Origin: Cycas panzhihuaensis
Taxonomy: Eukaryota; Plantae; Cycadophyta
Length of the DNA stretch: 64,000 nucleotides
Assembly: GCA_023213395.1 (NCBI GenBank)
Contig: CM041465.1
Coordinates: 242,489,741-242,553,740 of the forward strand
Direction: 5' to 3'
The position numbers and the translations under genes were made by a program. Within the stretch, counting starts at the first letter, position 1, and every line of letters begins with the position of its first letter. Positions 29,188 to 44,129 of this stretch are shown piece after piece. Below the pieces are notes generated by a model, which saw only the letters and a program-made list of their open reading frames with translations, did not search any database and was not told the origin of the DNA.

Positions 29188-29832
29188 TGTTAGATATTGT
29201 GACAACAATAATTTGAGGCTAAAATTTTGGCATATTAGCGGTGTAGTTTCCCCCCTAAATCTTTCTCAGGGGGTTCCAAGGGGGGCGGGAGCCCCCCTTA
29301 GCTGGGGGGTACGGGGGTCATGGAACGCCACCTGCTAAGAGGGGGTTCAAAGGCGATAGCCCCCAACCCAAAAAATTAGCCCTGTAAACCATATTAAAAT
29401 GTAAAGAGAATCAAGGTCGTTCGATACAAATACCTTAGATTCTACAGTTAAGATTTGTGCCTTGGATGTCCCTCTCATGTAGCCTGGTTTAGGGCTTTTC
29501 TTATTATGTTGTATGTAATGTAATGTACTGTGATGAGGGTGGCAGTTGATTGTTGTTCCTGAGAGTACTCTACTACTGAGATGTACTTTTTCTCCATTTT
29601 ACAGCAATAAAGATCAATACCTTTCCTATGTGGATGTTTCCCTAGCACACTACTAAGGTTTTACGATGTTATATTAGGTGCATATGTGATGTTTGGCTTT
29701 CATATTCATGTTATTGTATTATCTCTAAGTTTAGAACTTGCATGTTAAATTCTAGTCTTGATTCCTATAACTAGTTGCAAAATAGTTCAGATCTAGTGGC
29801 GGTTTAAGGTTTGGGACCTTGTATTCTCAACA
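29188..29832 (+). mobile_element. Solo LTR of a Tnt1/Tork-like Copia (645 bp)
   Basis: TGTTAG...CTCAACA with a perfect TSD aaacc/aaacc. Colinear with the 5' LTR at 54937-55584. Confidence 0.92.
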
Positions 29833-31979
29833 AAACCCATAGGGCCATAGGTCCATGCATCTAGATTAGTTCATTTTATTTTGTGTATATGAAAAAAAAA
29901 GATATAAAAGGGCATATAATTATATTATAAATTATTTACTCTCTTAGTCTTTCATTGTTTATAGCCCTTATATATGTTGAAGGAGGGATTACTTAGGGTT
30001 CCACCTAGATTTTATCACTAGGAGAGTAGAGTAACTTTACACTTGAGGTCAGGTTATATCATTTGTTGTGCTTTGAATGGTTTAATGGTGGATAATTATC
30101 TTAATTGCACATAGTTGAGAGAATTAAGTGAGCATCACATATCCTATTAAGAGTAGTTCTTTTATCCCATACACCTCTTAGAGTTGAGGAGGCTTATTGG
30201 AATTTGATATGAGAATCTCCTAAACCCCAACACTCATAGGTAAGGTATTATTAGGAGTCTCCAACATCTTACCCATGATTAGGTCGATCCCATGGTCTTA
30301 ATTCCTTCTTCATCTCTCTATTATGCTAGTTCTCTTTCATTTTAAATTGAATTAATAAGTGCTGATATTTTAGATAGAGGTTAGTCACCTTTAGGGGGGT
30401 TTATAGTTTTTATGATAAACTCAGAAGGTTTGTCATCATTTAGGGCATAATTTCCTAGTGACCCTCCTAGATTCTAGGAATTTTCTCCTTTTGATGAGGT
30501 TTTTAATTAGTTAGTTAACTTTTATTTCTCCTTTTTATATTTTGGTTACTTATACATTTACTTATTTGCTTCATCTTATATGTTGGATAGATGTTTATTT
30601 AGATTAGCTTTTATTCTCCCCTCCCTATTTCCCTCATCACATGGACACATCTTTTATTTAGTTTAGGCTTCCTTCATTGCTACAGTCATGTCCATGATAA
30701 TGCACAAGTATCCACAAGAGGAATTTATTTGTTTCTCTTATTTAACTTGGAATTTCTGCCTCAAGTCTATCATTGGGTTGTGAGAGTGAACTTTTCCCTT
30801 CATAAGTTGTAAGCTTCACCCATATTTTTTAATAAATACATAGGTCATATTTCACCCCTTGGAACTTTATAAATGAGGCTCCCATTTTGGCTATAGGAGA
30901 AGGGGAATTTTATAATGACTTACTACTAAAATCTTAACCTACCTATAGTTAAAATTTCATATTTTAGGTGCATTTTGAATAGTGATCTTAGAGGAATTAG
31001 GTGTAGGAAATGAGAAAAGATAGTTGGGTCCCTAGAGCACTAAGCCATTAGCTAATAATTAGGGTAATTCTATGGTGAATTCCATCTAGTTCATATAATT
31101 TTAACTCTAACCATCATCTCGTTTACTTATTTTTTCATCTACTTACTTTCATTTGTTTATTCTCTATTGATTATTTATTTTCCTTTCCTAATTATTGACT
31201 TTCTATGTTAAAGGATCCTACTAGGGTTTAGGGGATTCTTTTATCTTGTTTGAGGCCCATTTATGGTGATGGTTTACTATTTTTAAGGCCTTCTAGTTAC
31301 CAAAATTTGTGTTAAATAAATTTAATCCCTAAACTTATAGTTTACTCTTGATCCTTTTACAAATATCATGGTACTTTCTCTATTGACTAACATTATAGGT
31401 TAAGGATCACTTCATAAAGTTTCTAACTATAGGTGGTATGAGGAAAGTAACTTGGAGTCATACATAATATTTCCACATACTTAACCTATCTATATAGTAA
31501 TAGAATTATTGCCCATTTTACTCCATGTATTAATACTCCTAATCAAACCCAAAGTTATTTCAAAATCTATTTTGAAAATATTTTATTTCAAAAGTAAGTT
31601 TTTTTTTGTCATATAATCATATGGTAAGTAGAAATATTATTAGATTTCATATAATTTTCTTAATTAACAACTAATATATACATCTTAGTGCTTGATCATG
31701 CCCCATATATCTAATAGTAAATGTAAGATTAAATATAAGAGAGAGAGAGAGAGAGATTTTGGGTTCATATCTAAAAGATGTTATTTCCTTTCCTTTCTCC
31801 TCATTTTCTATTTAATTCAACCAAAAGAGAAAGGGGAATGAACTCTCTCTAACTTTATTATTTTATTTTAAAATAAAATAATTTCTCTCTTCTTTCCATT
31901 ATTTTCATTTTTAAAATTAAAAGAAAAAAGGTTTTGATTAATTATGTGGGACAATTCTTCCTATAGGAGCTCCTTGAAA

Positions 31980-34900
31980 TGATAAAAAATAATAATTTGC
32001 AACCACTTTATTCTAATCAACAAGGACAAACAAATTACTAAAGAGTCTCATAAAGCACAAAAGCATCAATTGATCACTAAAGGAAGAGTACTAAAGTATA
32101 ATATTTTACAAGATTAATATCAAGCTAGCTATCTTTTACAATCCATAACCCTTATATAAACAAAAGTGGGTCTTTTCCTAACAATCTTATTGGTGGCCTA
32201 AGTGGCCTTACATTCTATTGGATAACTTAACACCCTTATCAGCCCACATACAGAGTTCTACAACTAACCTTATAACGTAACCTTATGATAGCTCTTTACT
32301 TATTAGTGCTTTACATAACTTAGTAAGATACGTTATATAATAGGTCCCCCTCCTTGAGATGCTAAGTCCTTGAGGTATTTGGGGTGCAGATGTTGCTTCA
32401 CAAAATCCTTAGATTCCCAAGATGCTTTATCTAAGGTACAATCAACACACTATATTAAATATTCTAAAATTGACTAATTCTAGAGACAACATTATCTACT
32501 AACTAGTATACATTCTAGAGGTGTTATCTAAGATTACTCTTCATCCAAAATTAGTAGGGTTTTTTGGGGTATATGGGCTTTATTCATACACTTTTGGATA
32601 TAGGAAATATAAAAAACATTATGGATGTTAGTGTTAGGGGGAAGATTGATAGTATGTGTAACTTCATGAATAAGTTTGAGGAATTTGTAGGGGCCATAAT
32701 ATTGAGGGCTAAGTTTGTGGTTCTTATGGTGGTAGAGAGATTATTGCTTATAAGGCCTTAGATAGAGGAATATAAGATCAATAATATGAAACGAGCAATT
32801 TGAATGATGGCAGTCTGCTAATTATTTCATTTGATTCTAGGCCATGGATAGATTTTATTTAAGGGTATGGAGGATTTGATCCATGCATTGTAATTCTTAT
32901 TGTACTACAACCATGTAAAGGTTGATGGCTAAGATGTGATGGGAAGGTGTGAGATATCTATAGAGGGCCAAAAATAGATACATTCCAAATGGTTGAATTA
33001 TGTGAGAAGTTATGTATATACTTAGCTAGAGCTAGCCATATTGTCCAATTAAACCAGTGGTCAAATACAAAACAATATAAGTAAGTCTCCAAAGTTTTGT
33101 TAAGGACCTTTGATTAGTTAGGTCTATGGATGATATGTCGAGATCATATTAAACAATGTTCCTCAAGCATAAAATAGCTCCTGCTAGAAGGGGCTAGTAA
33201 ATTTAGGGTCTTGATTACACACAATAATGGATGGGGAACCATGCAAGTGAAACATTATTTAGAGGTAAATATCTATGATGTGAGACACCTTAAATGTAGT
33301 ATGGATAGGTAGGAAGTAAGTGTATTTTATCAATCTATCAATTACCACTAAAATAGAGTCATACCTAGTAGATAATAGGAGCCCCATGATAAAATCCATG
33401 GTAAGATCTTGGCATTTGCCTTGTGGGATATGCAAAGGTTGAAGGAGACATAATTGAGGTTTTATATTAGATTTATTATTATGATATGATGTGTCACATT
33501 TGGAGATAAATATGAGGATGGTGAATTTTATTACTAGTTGAAAGAAGTTAGATTAGATCCTATAATAAGTCTTATACAATCCAAAATGGCCCTAGAATAG
33601 AGAAGAATGATATTCTAATAAAATCCCGGGAGTGAGAGTTGAGTAGGGATGTACAAAGATATAATTTTGGTATAATAGAAGATTATTATAGATGGAATAG
33701 TCCTTATGTATATGGAACTTATTAGCCTAGTGTGAAAAGTTTGGATGGGATTAGTTATCCACAACTAAATCTTATATCCATGCCAATTACAAGGAAGAGA
33801 TATCATGAATGGTGGGGTCCTCAAGGTGATGAGTGTTATCATCGAGCATAAGGGAGGGTAGTCAAGAGAGGCTGTCTACCACAATATTATCTTTCCCCTT
33901 TTTATATGTGATTATAAAATCAGAAACTTAAAGGTAGTCAACCCATTTAGCCTATTCTTTCAAGAGGACTAGTTGGTCTAATAGGGAGTGAAGGCTATGA
34001 TGATCAATAAGGATAGTGAATTTTGAACTAAGTAGATATTATCACTATTTTTTAATAGCATGAAGGATGTACCATATTTCTTTTTGATAGGTGGATAGTC
34101 TATAGTCACGTTCCTTGAGTTTTCTACATTCAGAAGCTATCAAGTGAAACTCCTACATTAAGACTACACCCAGTTTGAATCTAGAGGCATTACATTCTAG
34201 TTGGAATAAGTGAGCAAAGTCTAGTAAGGATAAAACTATAGTGGTTTTCATGAACTTCTTAAGGTCGAGGAAGGCCTTGTTGGCCAAGGGAGACCATTGA
34301 AAGGAAGCTTCCCTAAGGAGGTTGGTTAAAGGGGTAGTAAGGTGGCATAATTTCAAACGAATTAATGATACAATCTAGTAAGTACTCAGAAGGCTTATAA
34401 TTAGGTAAGAGTTTAGAGGGCCAACCATTTGGTGATGACTAAAATTTTATTAAGATCTATGTAAACCCTTGTGAATGATATGATATAACTAAGGTATTTC
34501 AATTTAATTTTTCCAAACTAACATTTAGAGAGTTTAGCATATAACTTATTCTTGGCCAAGATTTAGAGAACAATTTCTAAATGTGTAATATGAGCAACCA
34601 TGTTTGAACTATAGATAAGAATATTATTAAAGAAGATAATGACAAATTTATGTAGGTATGGGGAGAATATTTTACTCCTAAGGGCTTGGAAGGTAGCCAG
34701 AGTATTACATAAGCCAAAGGGCATGACTTGAAACTCAAAATAATCATGGTAGGTTTGGAGGGTCATTTTATGTTGATTCTCTGATATGATGGGGATATGG
34801 TAATATACTAATTGTAGATCAAGTTTGGTAAAAACTATAACATCATAGAACTCATATAATATGTCATTGATTCATGGTACAGGAAACTTATTTTTTATAG

Positions 34901-36900
34901 TGATTTTATTTAATATGTGATAATCAACATAAAGTTAGAAAGTATCATCCTTTTTTATGAACTAGAATGATGGGTGCAACATACATATTTTTGCCAGGTT
35001 TAATAATGCCCATGTCCATTAATTCCTTGGTGATTTTTTTAATTTCATTTTTTAAGAAATATAAGATCCTATATGTCCAAAAACTAATTGGGTCATGCAG
35101 ATTTTATAACTCAATAGTATGATAGCAACCTCAAAATAGTGGGGGGCTAGTAGGTAGTACAGCAAATATTGATTAGTATCAATCTAATACTTGCTTAATA
35201 TTAGGGTGAATCCCTAATGGGCCTAGATATTATTGAGATGGATGATGTACCCCACATTATCATTGAGTTATCATCACATTTAGGTGGGGGAGATTACTTT
35301 GTTTAGGGGGATTACATCCCATAAAATTTATGTAAGTAACCCATGTGATCTTTGAATATGATGAATATGCTTGTGGATGAGTTGTTGGTGTTATAGGTTC
35401 CTAGTATCTAGAGCCATTGTATACCAATAATTATATCAGACCAACCTATGGATAAGTTATACAAATTAGATACAAGGGTATAGGAGCTAATATGAATAGT
35501 GAGGTTTTTAATTATCCCTACACAATAAAGGGTGAGATGACTAGGTAAGGAGTAGGTGAAGCTTGTCTTAGGTTCTATATAAAGATTTAGCTTCTAAGCA
35601 ATAGATATATCGATGAAATTTAGCAATATGACACTATCGATTAAAATGGTAATGGGGATTTTTTGAAGTGTTCCTTTGACCTATAGTAGTTGAAGACATG
35701 AGGTAGAGGTAACAACTAATAAGGAAACTTTAAGATTAGGGGTATCTTATTAGTAGGGTGGTCTTGGGATTCATTGTCATATTCATGCTTAGTCTCAGGT
35801 TTATCTTCTAAAGATAAGTCAAGATCAATTATAAGCATTGTCTTCCTAGCTTTGTAGATTTTGCCATGACTAGAGGTCTACTTTTTAGAGTATTACATAT
35901 AGAGGTTAGATTCCTAACAGTATTGTGCCTCTGCTAGAGTGATGTGAATGGATTTTAAGGATGGTTCCTTAACATGATACTCTAGAGATATAGATGGGTG
36001 GTCTTCCAGTCACATGCACATTATTAGTAGTTTGTTGGATGTAGTCTTTAGGGCTAGGCAGTATCTCATTGATAATTAAGTTATCGTGATTATTGAAACT
36101 AGATGGAATCTCATCTAAATGGAGGAGGCCTTTTATGGCAAATTCTATTTAAACCACTATAGCCATGTTGATTGCATCCTTCAGAGTAGGTAGGGATACC
36201 ATCTTCAAGTACATTTGGATGCACTCTTTAAGCTTAGATACATATGTATCTATCTCTATCTATTTATTGAGTTGTTAATCAACCTAATTATATAATGATT
36301 GAAACTTATTAATGTATACTTTGATAGAGAATACTTATTTTAACTGTGTCAATTAGGTGAAGAAAGATTGGTCCTAAGTATCTTCATATTAATTGAAGAA
36401 ATTGGTATAGAAATGGGCCCAAGATTAATTAGAAGGATAGTCTTAATTCCACTATCAGAACCAATGGTATGCCTCTCTATCTAAATGGATAGAAGTAAAT
36501 GCAAGTTATTCATTGACTAACATTGAATTTAGTATAAAGTAGGACTCTAATTTACTAATCCAACTTTGTGCATTATACTTATTAAGGTTAGGATCAAATG
36601 TGGGGATGTTCATCTTATGGTGAAATGGTTACTATTGATATGGAGCTGAAGTCAACATTTGTTATGGTGTGGGGCTAACTGAAGTAGAGGGGCTTGATAA
36701 ACTGGTAGAGATGTATATGCTATAGTATCTAGTTCATATTGGACTTATATGCAAGATTTAACATGTCTATTTTAACTTTTTCTACTTCATTCTTGACCTA
36801 TTAATGCATGGCAGTTAGCTCTTGCCTGACTACCTATTGAAAGTTAGTGACCTAGGTCTAGAGTGCAAAAATTTTATCATTATTACTTTAAGGAGCCATG
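31980..36900 (-). mobile_element. Chromoviral Ty3/Gypsy element (Reina-like), decayed
   Basis: Gag (SIHLDREAYHWF, about 36480), PR (ILIDS..LNFID, about 35630), RT FEFQVMPFGLCNTLATFQ / FFNNILIYS, RH FQLECNAS, INT DLTMDFIMGL, chromodomain EYLI*...ASWES (about 32420), PPT GGAGGGGGAC (about 32345), probable 3' LTR 31980-32340. The 5' LTR was not identified. Confidence 0.85.
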
Positions 36901-39900
36901 ACAAATAGAGAGAGGGTTTAAAGAGGTAATAATAGACAAAAATAAAGGGATATATATGAAGTGGGAAAGATTAAGAAAGAACAAGCTTAAAGAACTAAGG
37001 ATTTATTTTAGAGAAGAGAAGGGGGAAAAGAGGGGAAGTAGGTTGCTTATAACCTATTAACCTTAAAAATTACATAAATAGAACACCTAGTCTACTTGAA
37101 TAAGCATAAAATACTTATTAAAATGGGGTATATAAGATTCAAGGTGAGTTTTAGGTGGTGGGGTCTACAAATGATTTAGGTACTGATAAGTATAAAAAAT
37201 TTCTATAAAAACAAATCTAATGCAAAATAACCAATGTGATGTACTAATCAAAATAAGATATATAAATTGTAATGGTAATTTTTTTACTATGGACTCATAT
37301 CATTAACCATGACTAAGCGAATATATCATAATTGTTTTCTCCTTTATTTTTTCTTTTCCTTTTACTATTGTGTCTTGAGATCTTAATCAGAGGTAGAATG
37401 TAAGTAATACATGGTGTCCTACCAACCATTATATAGGGTATGTTTAATCTTATAGGCCTACCAATAAACTTCTTATGCAAGAGTTTGGGGTAAGTAGCTT
37501 TGTATCGCTAATTGTTAACCATTATACTATAGGACTTTAGCGTCCAATAGACTATCTATGCTAAGAAGGATTTGGGACCTATAAGGGTCATCTTATATAC
37601 CTAAAGGTATATGGAGGTGTAATTTTATAGCTAGGCTCTATCTAGGGCTTGGTTCAAGAGTGTTATCTCCAGTCCTTCATACAAGAGGCAGAAAAGCCAT
37701 GATATACTTAACTAGAATGATAAATCCCTATGATGTTTAAAGACCCCTAGTATAGGGTCTCTATCTAACTACTTAGGTATCCACCACAAATATTCATCTA
37801 CCTAGGAATAAGGCATAAGAGGGAGAAAGTATAGATGCTAAGAATAATTATCTACCCTTAGACTAATGACTTTGAAATATAAATTAAAATAAATAAACTA
37901 AACTAAAAATGAACATAAGGAAAAAACTTAAAGTGTTGGGCATTACGTAGGGGAAGAAATTCCCCTTTCCTTTCTACTCCTAAGTGGTTCTAGTTTTGTT
38001 CCTCACTCTCTAGTGTGCTTTAGTTGGACCAAGGCAAGATGTCTCTCAATAACATTATATTTCCTCTATTTCAAGCTAAAGTAGAGATGCAAAAAAAAAA
38101 GGCTATAGGAACCTAAGAACCACCCTTGCCAAATCCTAAGAAGGAGTCTCTATTTATTTGTGTTATTTAGTTTAAAAGTGATTATAGTAATGAAAGGCTA
38201 GGATATGAGAAAGGGGTACAAGGATTCACTAGCCTGCATAAGTAAGTAGAGGAGTTCCAAGTTCATAATTATATTGATAATATTTTTTTATTTTATTTTT
38301 TAGGATTCCTTTCCTTATATTATTTTAAATTTTTAGGTTTATTCAAATAAAATAAAGGTCAAGCAATGATGTGATCATAACCTTTTCAAAAGTGCAAAAT
38401 AAACACTAATGAAACCAAAGAGATCAATTACATTTCCATGCATATAATTCTTCTTCTTCTTCTTCTTCTTCTTTGAAGTAAAGCTCATACAAAATAAAGG
38501 AACTACTATCTTCTAAATATTCAAGATACATTTTCTTTAACAAGCAAAAGGTATAAGATGCAAATCATATAGAATGCAGCATTCCATATATGTCATTTGA
38601 TAAAAATCAAAATAATCATAAAAGCTCACAAGATGTTTTGCAACTCATATGCATGTTTCTTCAATATAGGACACACACACACACACACATATGTATTATA
38701 TACAAGAGAAGAAGCAAAGTAGAGAGTCAAGGAATACAACATAAATAATCACAATAGTCATCTATCTTAATGGTATCTTTTTGTACCTTAGAATGGTAAT
38801 CCCTCCTTTCAAGACCAATATTTTCAAATTTTACCCTTTTGGATAAGCATAAAAGAGAGCAAATTTGAGAAGAAGAATGTTAACAAAACTAAAAAGGTAG
38901 GAAGGGTAGGACTAAAATCTCTTAGAAAGCTTGGAAAACTAAGAAGAATGGGAAAAACTAACTATATGTCAAGGTGAAGAGGAAGATCTCTCTTCATGAT
39001 AGTCTACTTCCTTCCATTCCCATAAAGGCTAGCCTTTCAACCAAGGAATCCTAAGGAAATATGCTAATGAAATAAGTTCAAAATTCAAACAAAAGAGAGA
39101 GTAATAACTAGCCACAAAAGTCACTAAGAAAGCACTAAAAATCTAAAGAGAAATGGTAAAGAAAAGGCCTTACCAGACCAATGGAATCTAAAATAAACAC
39201 TTGCAATAAACAAAATACCTTAGTAAGCATCAACAGGTCAAATTTGAATAGGATAGGATCAAAATTTTGAACTCCAAACCTCTTTTCTCTTAACTCCTTC
39301 CTTTTTTCCTCAAAGACATAAACCAAGAATCTCTTAGATCTCTCTTAGATACCAAAATGAATCCAAAAATCACCTAATCAAAACTAAATAAGAGTCCCCT
39401 TAAGGGTTTTAGAGGGTTCTAGGTACAAATGGAGTAGGTTTATACCAATCTAGGTAGTGGCATGTAGAACTAAAAGAAACTGGCACGTTTAAAAAAAATT
39501 ACATGTATAACAATAAAAAATACAACTGGTCACACTTTATTGCCAACCAAAAATATGGTTTCATTAATAAAATATGATTGATCATGTTTTTAGTATAACT
39601 AAAAATGCAATGAAATAGAAAGTAAAAATTTTAAGAATTGATTGCAAATTTCAAATTTTATCAAGCAACATTGAATCAAAATGACTTCACTAGTAAAAAG
39701 AGATAGCCCATAAGAAGTGTAAACTAAAGCACAAGCCTAAAAATCATTAAAAAAATATATAATTTAAATACAAAATTAAGAGAAAAAAGGATAAAAATAA
39801 AGAGATGATTCAAAAGGAAAAAGTGAGTCAAAATGGGCTATAAGAGAGAGAGATTATATCACTATAGTTTTATTCATCAAAAAATTAGGGACATAATAAT

Positions 39901-40314
39901 ACATTTATCATCATCCAATATGCATCATTCATAATGACAACATAACATTTCATAGAAACTATGCATGATTTGATATAACACATTACAACATTGATGATTA
40001 GATTAAATATTAATCAACAAGTAATGCATCTATCAATGAAAATATATAAAAATTAACTGAAGGTCAAGTTTTAGTGAGGCATTTACCCCTTTATCATTTG
40101 AAGTGCCTACTTTGAAGTAGAATTAGGATGGTGAAATGTGATAAAATGAAATTTTTTAAAAGAGCAAAGGAGTTGAATGATGTATGGATGGATGATAAAA
40201 AACTAATCTAAAAAAACTATCAAAATCAACTAAAAATAGATCTTATCTTCCCTACAGTGGAAGATCAAGAGTGTTTCCAAGATGCCTATCCAATAGATAG
40301 GGCTTAGTATGTTA

Positions 40315-40570
40315 AATGGTCATAGTTTATCTCTTATTAACTAAGTTTTGAAGGGAAATCTTTTCTCCAAAGCATAAAGGATAGACTATCATAGTTTTTA
40401 GGCTCATTAATAAGCAACGTTTTAGAGCCAAAGACTACCATAGTTTAGGCTCATTAGGAAGTGACTTTTTAGAGCCAAAGACTACCAGAGTTTAGGCTCA
40501 TTAGTAGGTGACTTTTCAAAGAACAAGACCATCATAGTCTTAGCACCTCCATAGGTGAGAGGGTTTAGAG
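40315..40570. repeat. About 47-49-bp tandem repeat, 4-5 units
   Basis: AGACTACCATAGTTTAGGCTCATTAG... units start at 40383, 40432, 40479 and 40526, with a degenerate unit near 40320. Confidence 0.85.
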
Positions 40571-41339
40571 CACCTTGTTGACTAAAGGATGAACCAAAAT
40601 TGATATTAAAATGAGATTAAAAAATAAATTTTAATTGCCAAAATGCTCATAAAAAAGGCATATAATTTGAAATCAATAATAGGCCTAATTGATGAAAGAT
40701 GTGTTAGTTTTTATATCTAGGAATAACTTACCTAAGAGTGATTATTAAAAAGATATAATACCAATTTGAATAGGTGTAATAAAAGTAAGAAAAAATCTAG
40801 CCCAAAAAGTAAGGAAGAGGCCCTCTTTTATAAGAAAAAATGATAAAGTTATTATTTCATTTTTACATATGAGAGTTAATAAAATGACAACTTTGAAAGC
40901 TTTTTCTTGACTTTCAAAGATGATTTGGAGGCTATCTAGATAAGGGATCAGCTCTAGGAGGTTAGTGATGAGGAGATGCTCTAAGAAGCTAGATATTTAG
41001 TGAGTCCCTCTTGTAAAATTTTTTTAAAGATGAGTTTTTAAATGAAAAACATGATAGTGCAGGGACTCAAAATGTGGTAACATAACTAAAAACATAATAA
41101 GAAAATTAAAAACATAGTTTTATAATTTTAAAAGAAAATTGGAAAGTTGTGTTTCTTATTAGGACATCACATTTTTAACTATGTTATCGCATTTTTTACT
41201 GTGTTATTATATTTTTAATTATGTTACTATATTTTTTATTTAGAAAGAAAATTTTAAGAAAAGTAAAGTTTTACAAATCTAAAATTATGCTCTAACTTTA
41301 TTATTTTCATTATGGTGTAGCCTCTGGACAAAGTAGATA

Positions 41340-43140
41340 CCCAGGAGAATGAGGTATTAGTTATTGGTTAGTTGGTTAGTTAACTGACAGAGGAGGATTG
41401 GGCCCAACTAAGGAGATGTGGGTTGTTCCAAGTGAGTGGGTCAACCCAATTATTTACAGAAAATGAAATTTTATATGATTTCATCAGTTGTTGGATGTTG
41501 GGAGAGAACATATTTAGAGTATGGTCTATCAAAGACATACAAATTACCTTAGGATCCTTGGGATTAGTTGGCATGGATAGGAGATTCAGTTGAATAGAGT
41601 TATTAATGAGGAGACCCATGAGGCATGTAGTGAGTACTTAACAATATCTATAAGATAGTTTGGAACCCATAGTGTATCAATCAAGGATATAAGGACAACA
41701 CAAGGGATACCCATTCTTTGGAAGATAATAGCTTTAATTATTATCTTCTAGATATCAAGGACATAAAACTTCATGGGAGTTCTAGCTCAATGGGTAGGAG
41801 TCATTAAGGCATGTGAGTGAGACACAAGGATGAAATGGGGTTTATATATATTAAATAGCATAAGACTTTAGTTATCCAAGATCAAGTGATAGGGGCAAGG
41901 AGGCTTCTCATATAGTTTTATCATAATGTATTGGTTATGTGACCATATACCCTTAATGTGACTAGGTGGAGTCCTAGGAGAGCTATCAATTATCGATCTA
42001 GGCATGAATAGGTGGTAAATGACATATTAGATTCATAACATAGTGGCAATAATAGTAAGGTCTACTCATAATCCCCTATTGAGTAAGATGACTAGGAGGC
42101 AGTTAAATATAGATCCTTATGGGGAGTTGCTTGCATGGAGTGATGATGAGATAGATGCTACTAAGAGAGTAATATCTAAGGAGCCTCTCATGCATAAAGG
42201 AGGGAGAGGGAGAGGAAGAGGCATTAGAGGAAGAGGTGATAAAAGATAGCACCTAGCTAGTTGAGGTAAGAGAGGAGAGAGGGGTGAGTCATTGACTAGT
42301 GGAGGTGGGAGAGGAGGTAGAAATGTGCTATAAGTGATAGGTGGAGTACAAGGTGGTGATGGAGGAGGCTCCATACAGAGTATGGAGTTAGGCTCACTAG
42401 ACGGCTAGGGGGAAGTAGGTAATGGGAGTAGAGGAGAAGGAGAAGAGCCTCCTTAAGAGGCTCCACAAGAGAGGTTATCTTATAGCTAATAGAGGAGATG
42501 GTGATAGAGCCCTTAAGAGGAGATGAGTCAACAAGAGGTGGATATCAAACAAGTATGTTGGTTATTATTCTTTAAATATGATTGATTATTATTTTCTTTT
42601 TAATTATCTACCTTTTCTAATAAGAGACTAATCATAATCATTATGTATTTATGGGTAGGTGAGAGTAGTGTGACCCTGTCAAAGGTTTAAAGGATGCTAG
42701 ACCTAATTTTTCCCTATTTATCTATATTAGAGGAACCTCTAATATGGAATATCATTGATTAGATATTACATATAAATTAGATTAAGTATTTTGATCCTAC
42801 ATTACAAGCTTGGGACATGATCCAGAATATGCTAATGGAGCTAAGACTCCAAGAGATAGAGCTCAAGGCAGTTGAGGATAAGAGGTGTTATCTTATGAGC
42901 ATGACCTTGGCATAGCTAGGGGGATGTATCATCCCATTAGAGAGCACCACAATACTGTAGGGTAGGTAGCTACCACCAAGGATGGATTCAACATATGGAT
43001 AGTCTCTAGGTCAAGATAAGAGTTTTATTAAGAGGGGGATAGGGGGAGTCTCACCATGGTTCATAGAGATAAGAGATGACCTTGTATGATATGATATAGG
43101 GAGGAGATGGAGGGGCATCCTATAATTTCACATAATATTA
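41340..43140 (+). pseudogene. Antisense PMD gene remnant of Tat-2
   Basis: LTEEDWAQLRRCGLFQVSGSTQLFTENEILYDFISCWMLGENIFRVWSIKDIQITL aligns with Tat-3 MTREDKGVLQRYGLLKVV...SHWDWRRHVFHLP; also IMYWLCDHI, a G/R/E-rich tract, and intron 42553-42658 (GTATGT...GACTAAT...TAG). Confidence 0.62.
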
Positions 43141-43200
43141 TATATAAGCTAGAGGATGTTAAATGTACTTTGTGATGACCATGTATTATTTTTACCATGT

Positions 43201-43315
<115 letters not shown>

Positions 43316-44129
43316 CCATTTTGATCATCATTTATGCAAATGTGTGGATGAATCATTGTCTCAAACTTATTTCCCCATTTTTATTCGTAATCATATATTA
43401 TGCATAATATAAACTCATCATTGTGAATGTCCATGAAAACATATAAAGTTTGTTTCTTTTTGTTTCTTATTATTTTTTATTTTTTTGGTTTTTTGGATTA
43501 GTACATACATGATAATTTATATTCATTTCAGAGTAATGAGGGTCTTAAAAAATAGAAATATAAGGAATAAGAAAGGACAAAATAATAGATTACAGCATAC
43601 AAGAAAGTAGATGGTAAAGATTTATTAATTCTATTCTCATAAACTTAAAACCATCTAAAAATAAATAAATAGTAATAGGTTTATAGGAGTAGAAGATGGA
43701 ATAATACAAGCTTCCTAAAGAAGAAAGGCTTATATCATTCACTTCATACTTAAGATGGATTATACAAACACAGACTAAGACCCATATTCATATAATATAT
43801 CTAGAGAAAAACATGTTGTTTATGAAATGAAAGATGATTTTCACTTGATAAACAACTAGTTTCTTGAGTATTTAGGATTCCTCATTGACTCTTTTTTAGG
43901 GGCAAGTGGCTCTTAGGGCCTTGCCCCCTACCATGATCCTCCTCAACCCATGATTCCTATGTGGGTCTATCTTTTCAAACATTTCATCTTGTCTTAAATC
44001 TTTCAACCTAATATTCATATAATTTATACCTATACCTTGAAAGTCCATAATTTAGACTCTTCTTGGAGTTGTAGTTTATACTCATTCCAGAGTGAGGTGC
44101 CCCCAGTGTAGGATTAAATCTATCCAAGG

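Noticed and set aside
27300-31900. LTR-like tract (CTATAAATAG at 28030) and possible decayed coding sequence at 30-31.4 kb
   Set aside because: No boundaries, TSD or protein motif could be supported by eye, apart from the solo LTR at 29188.
40315-40570. Regularly spaced repeats resembling a CRISPR array
   Set aside because: Whole units are homologous with no unique spacers, there are no cas genes, and the context is a plant retroelement.
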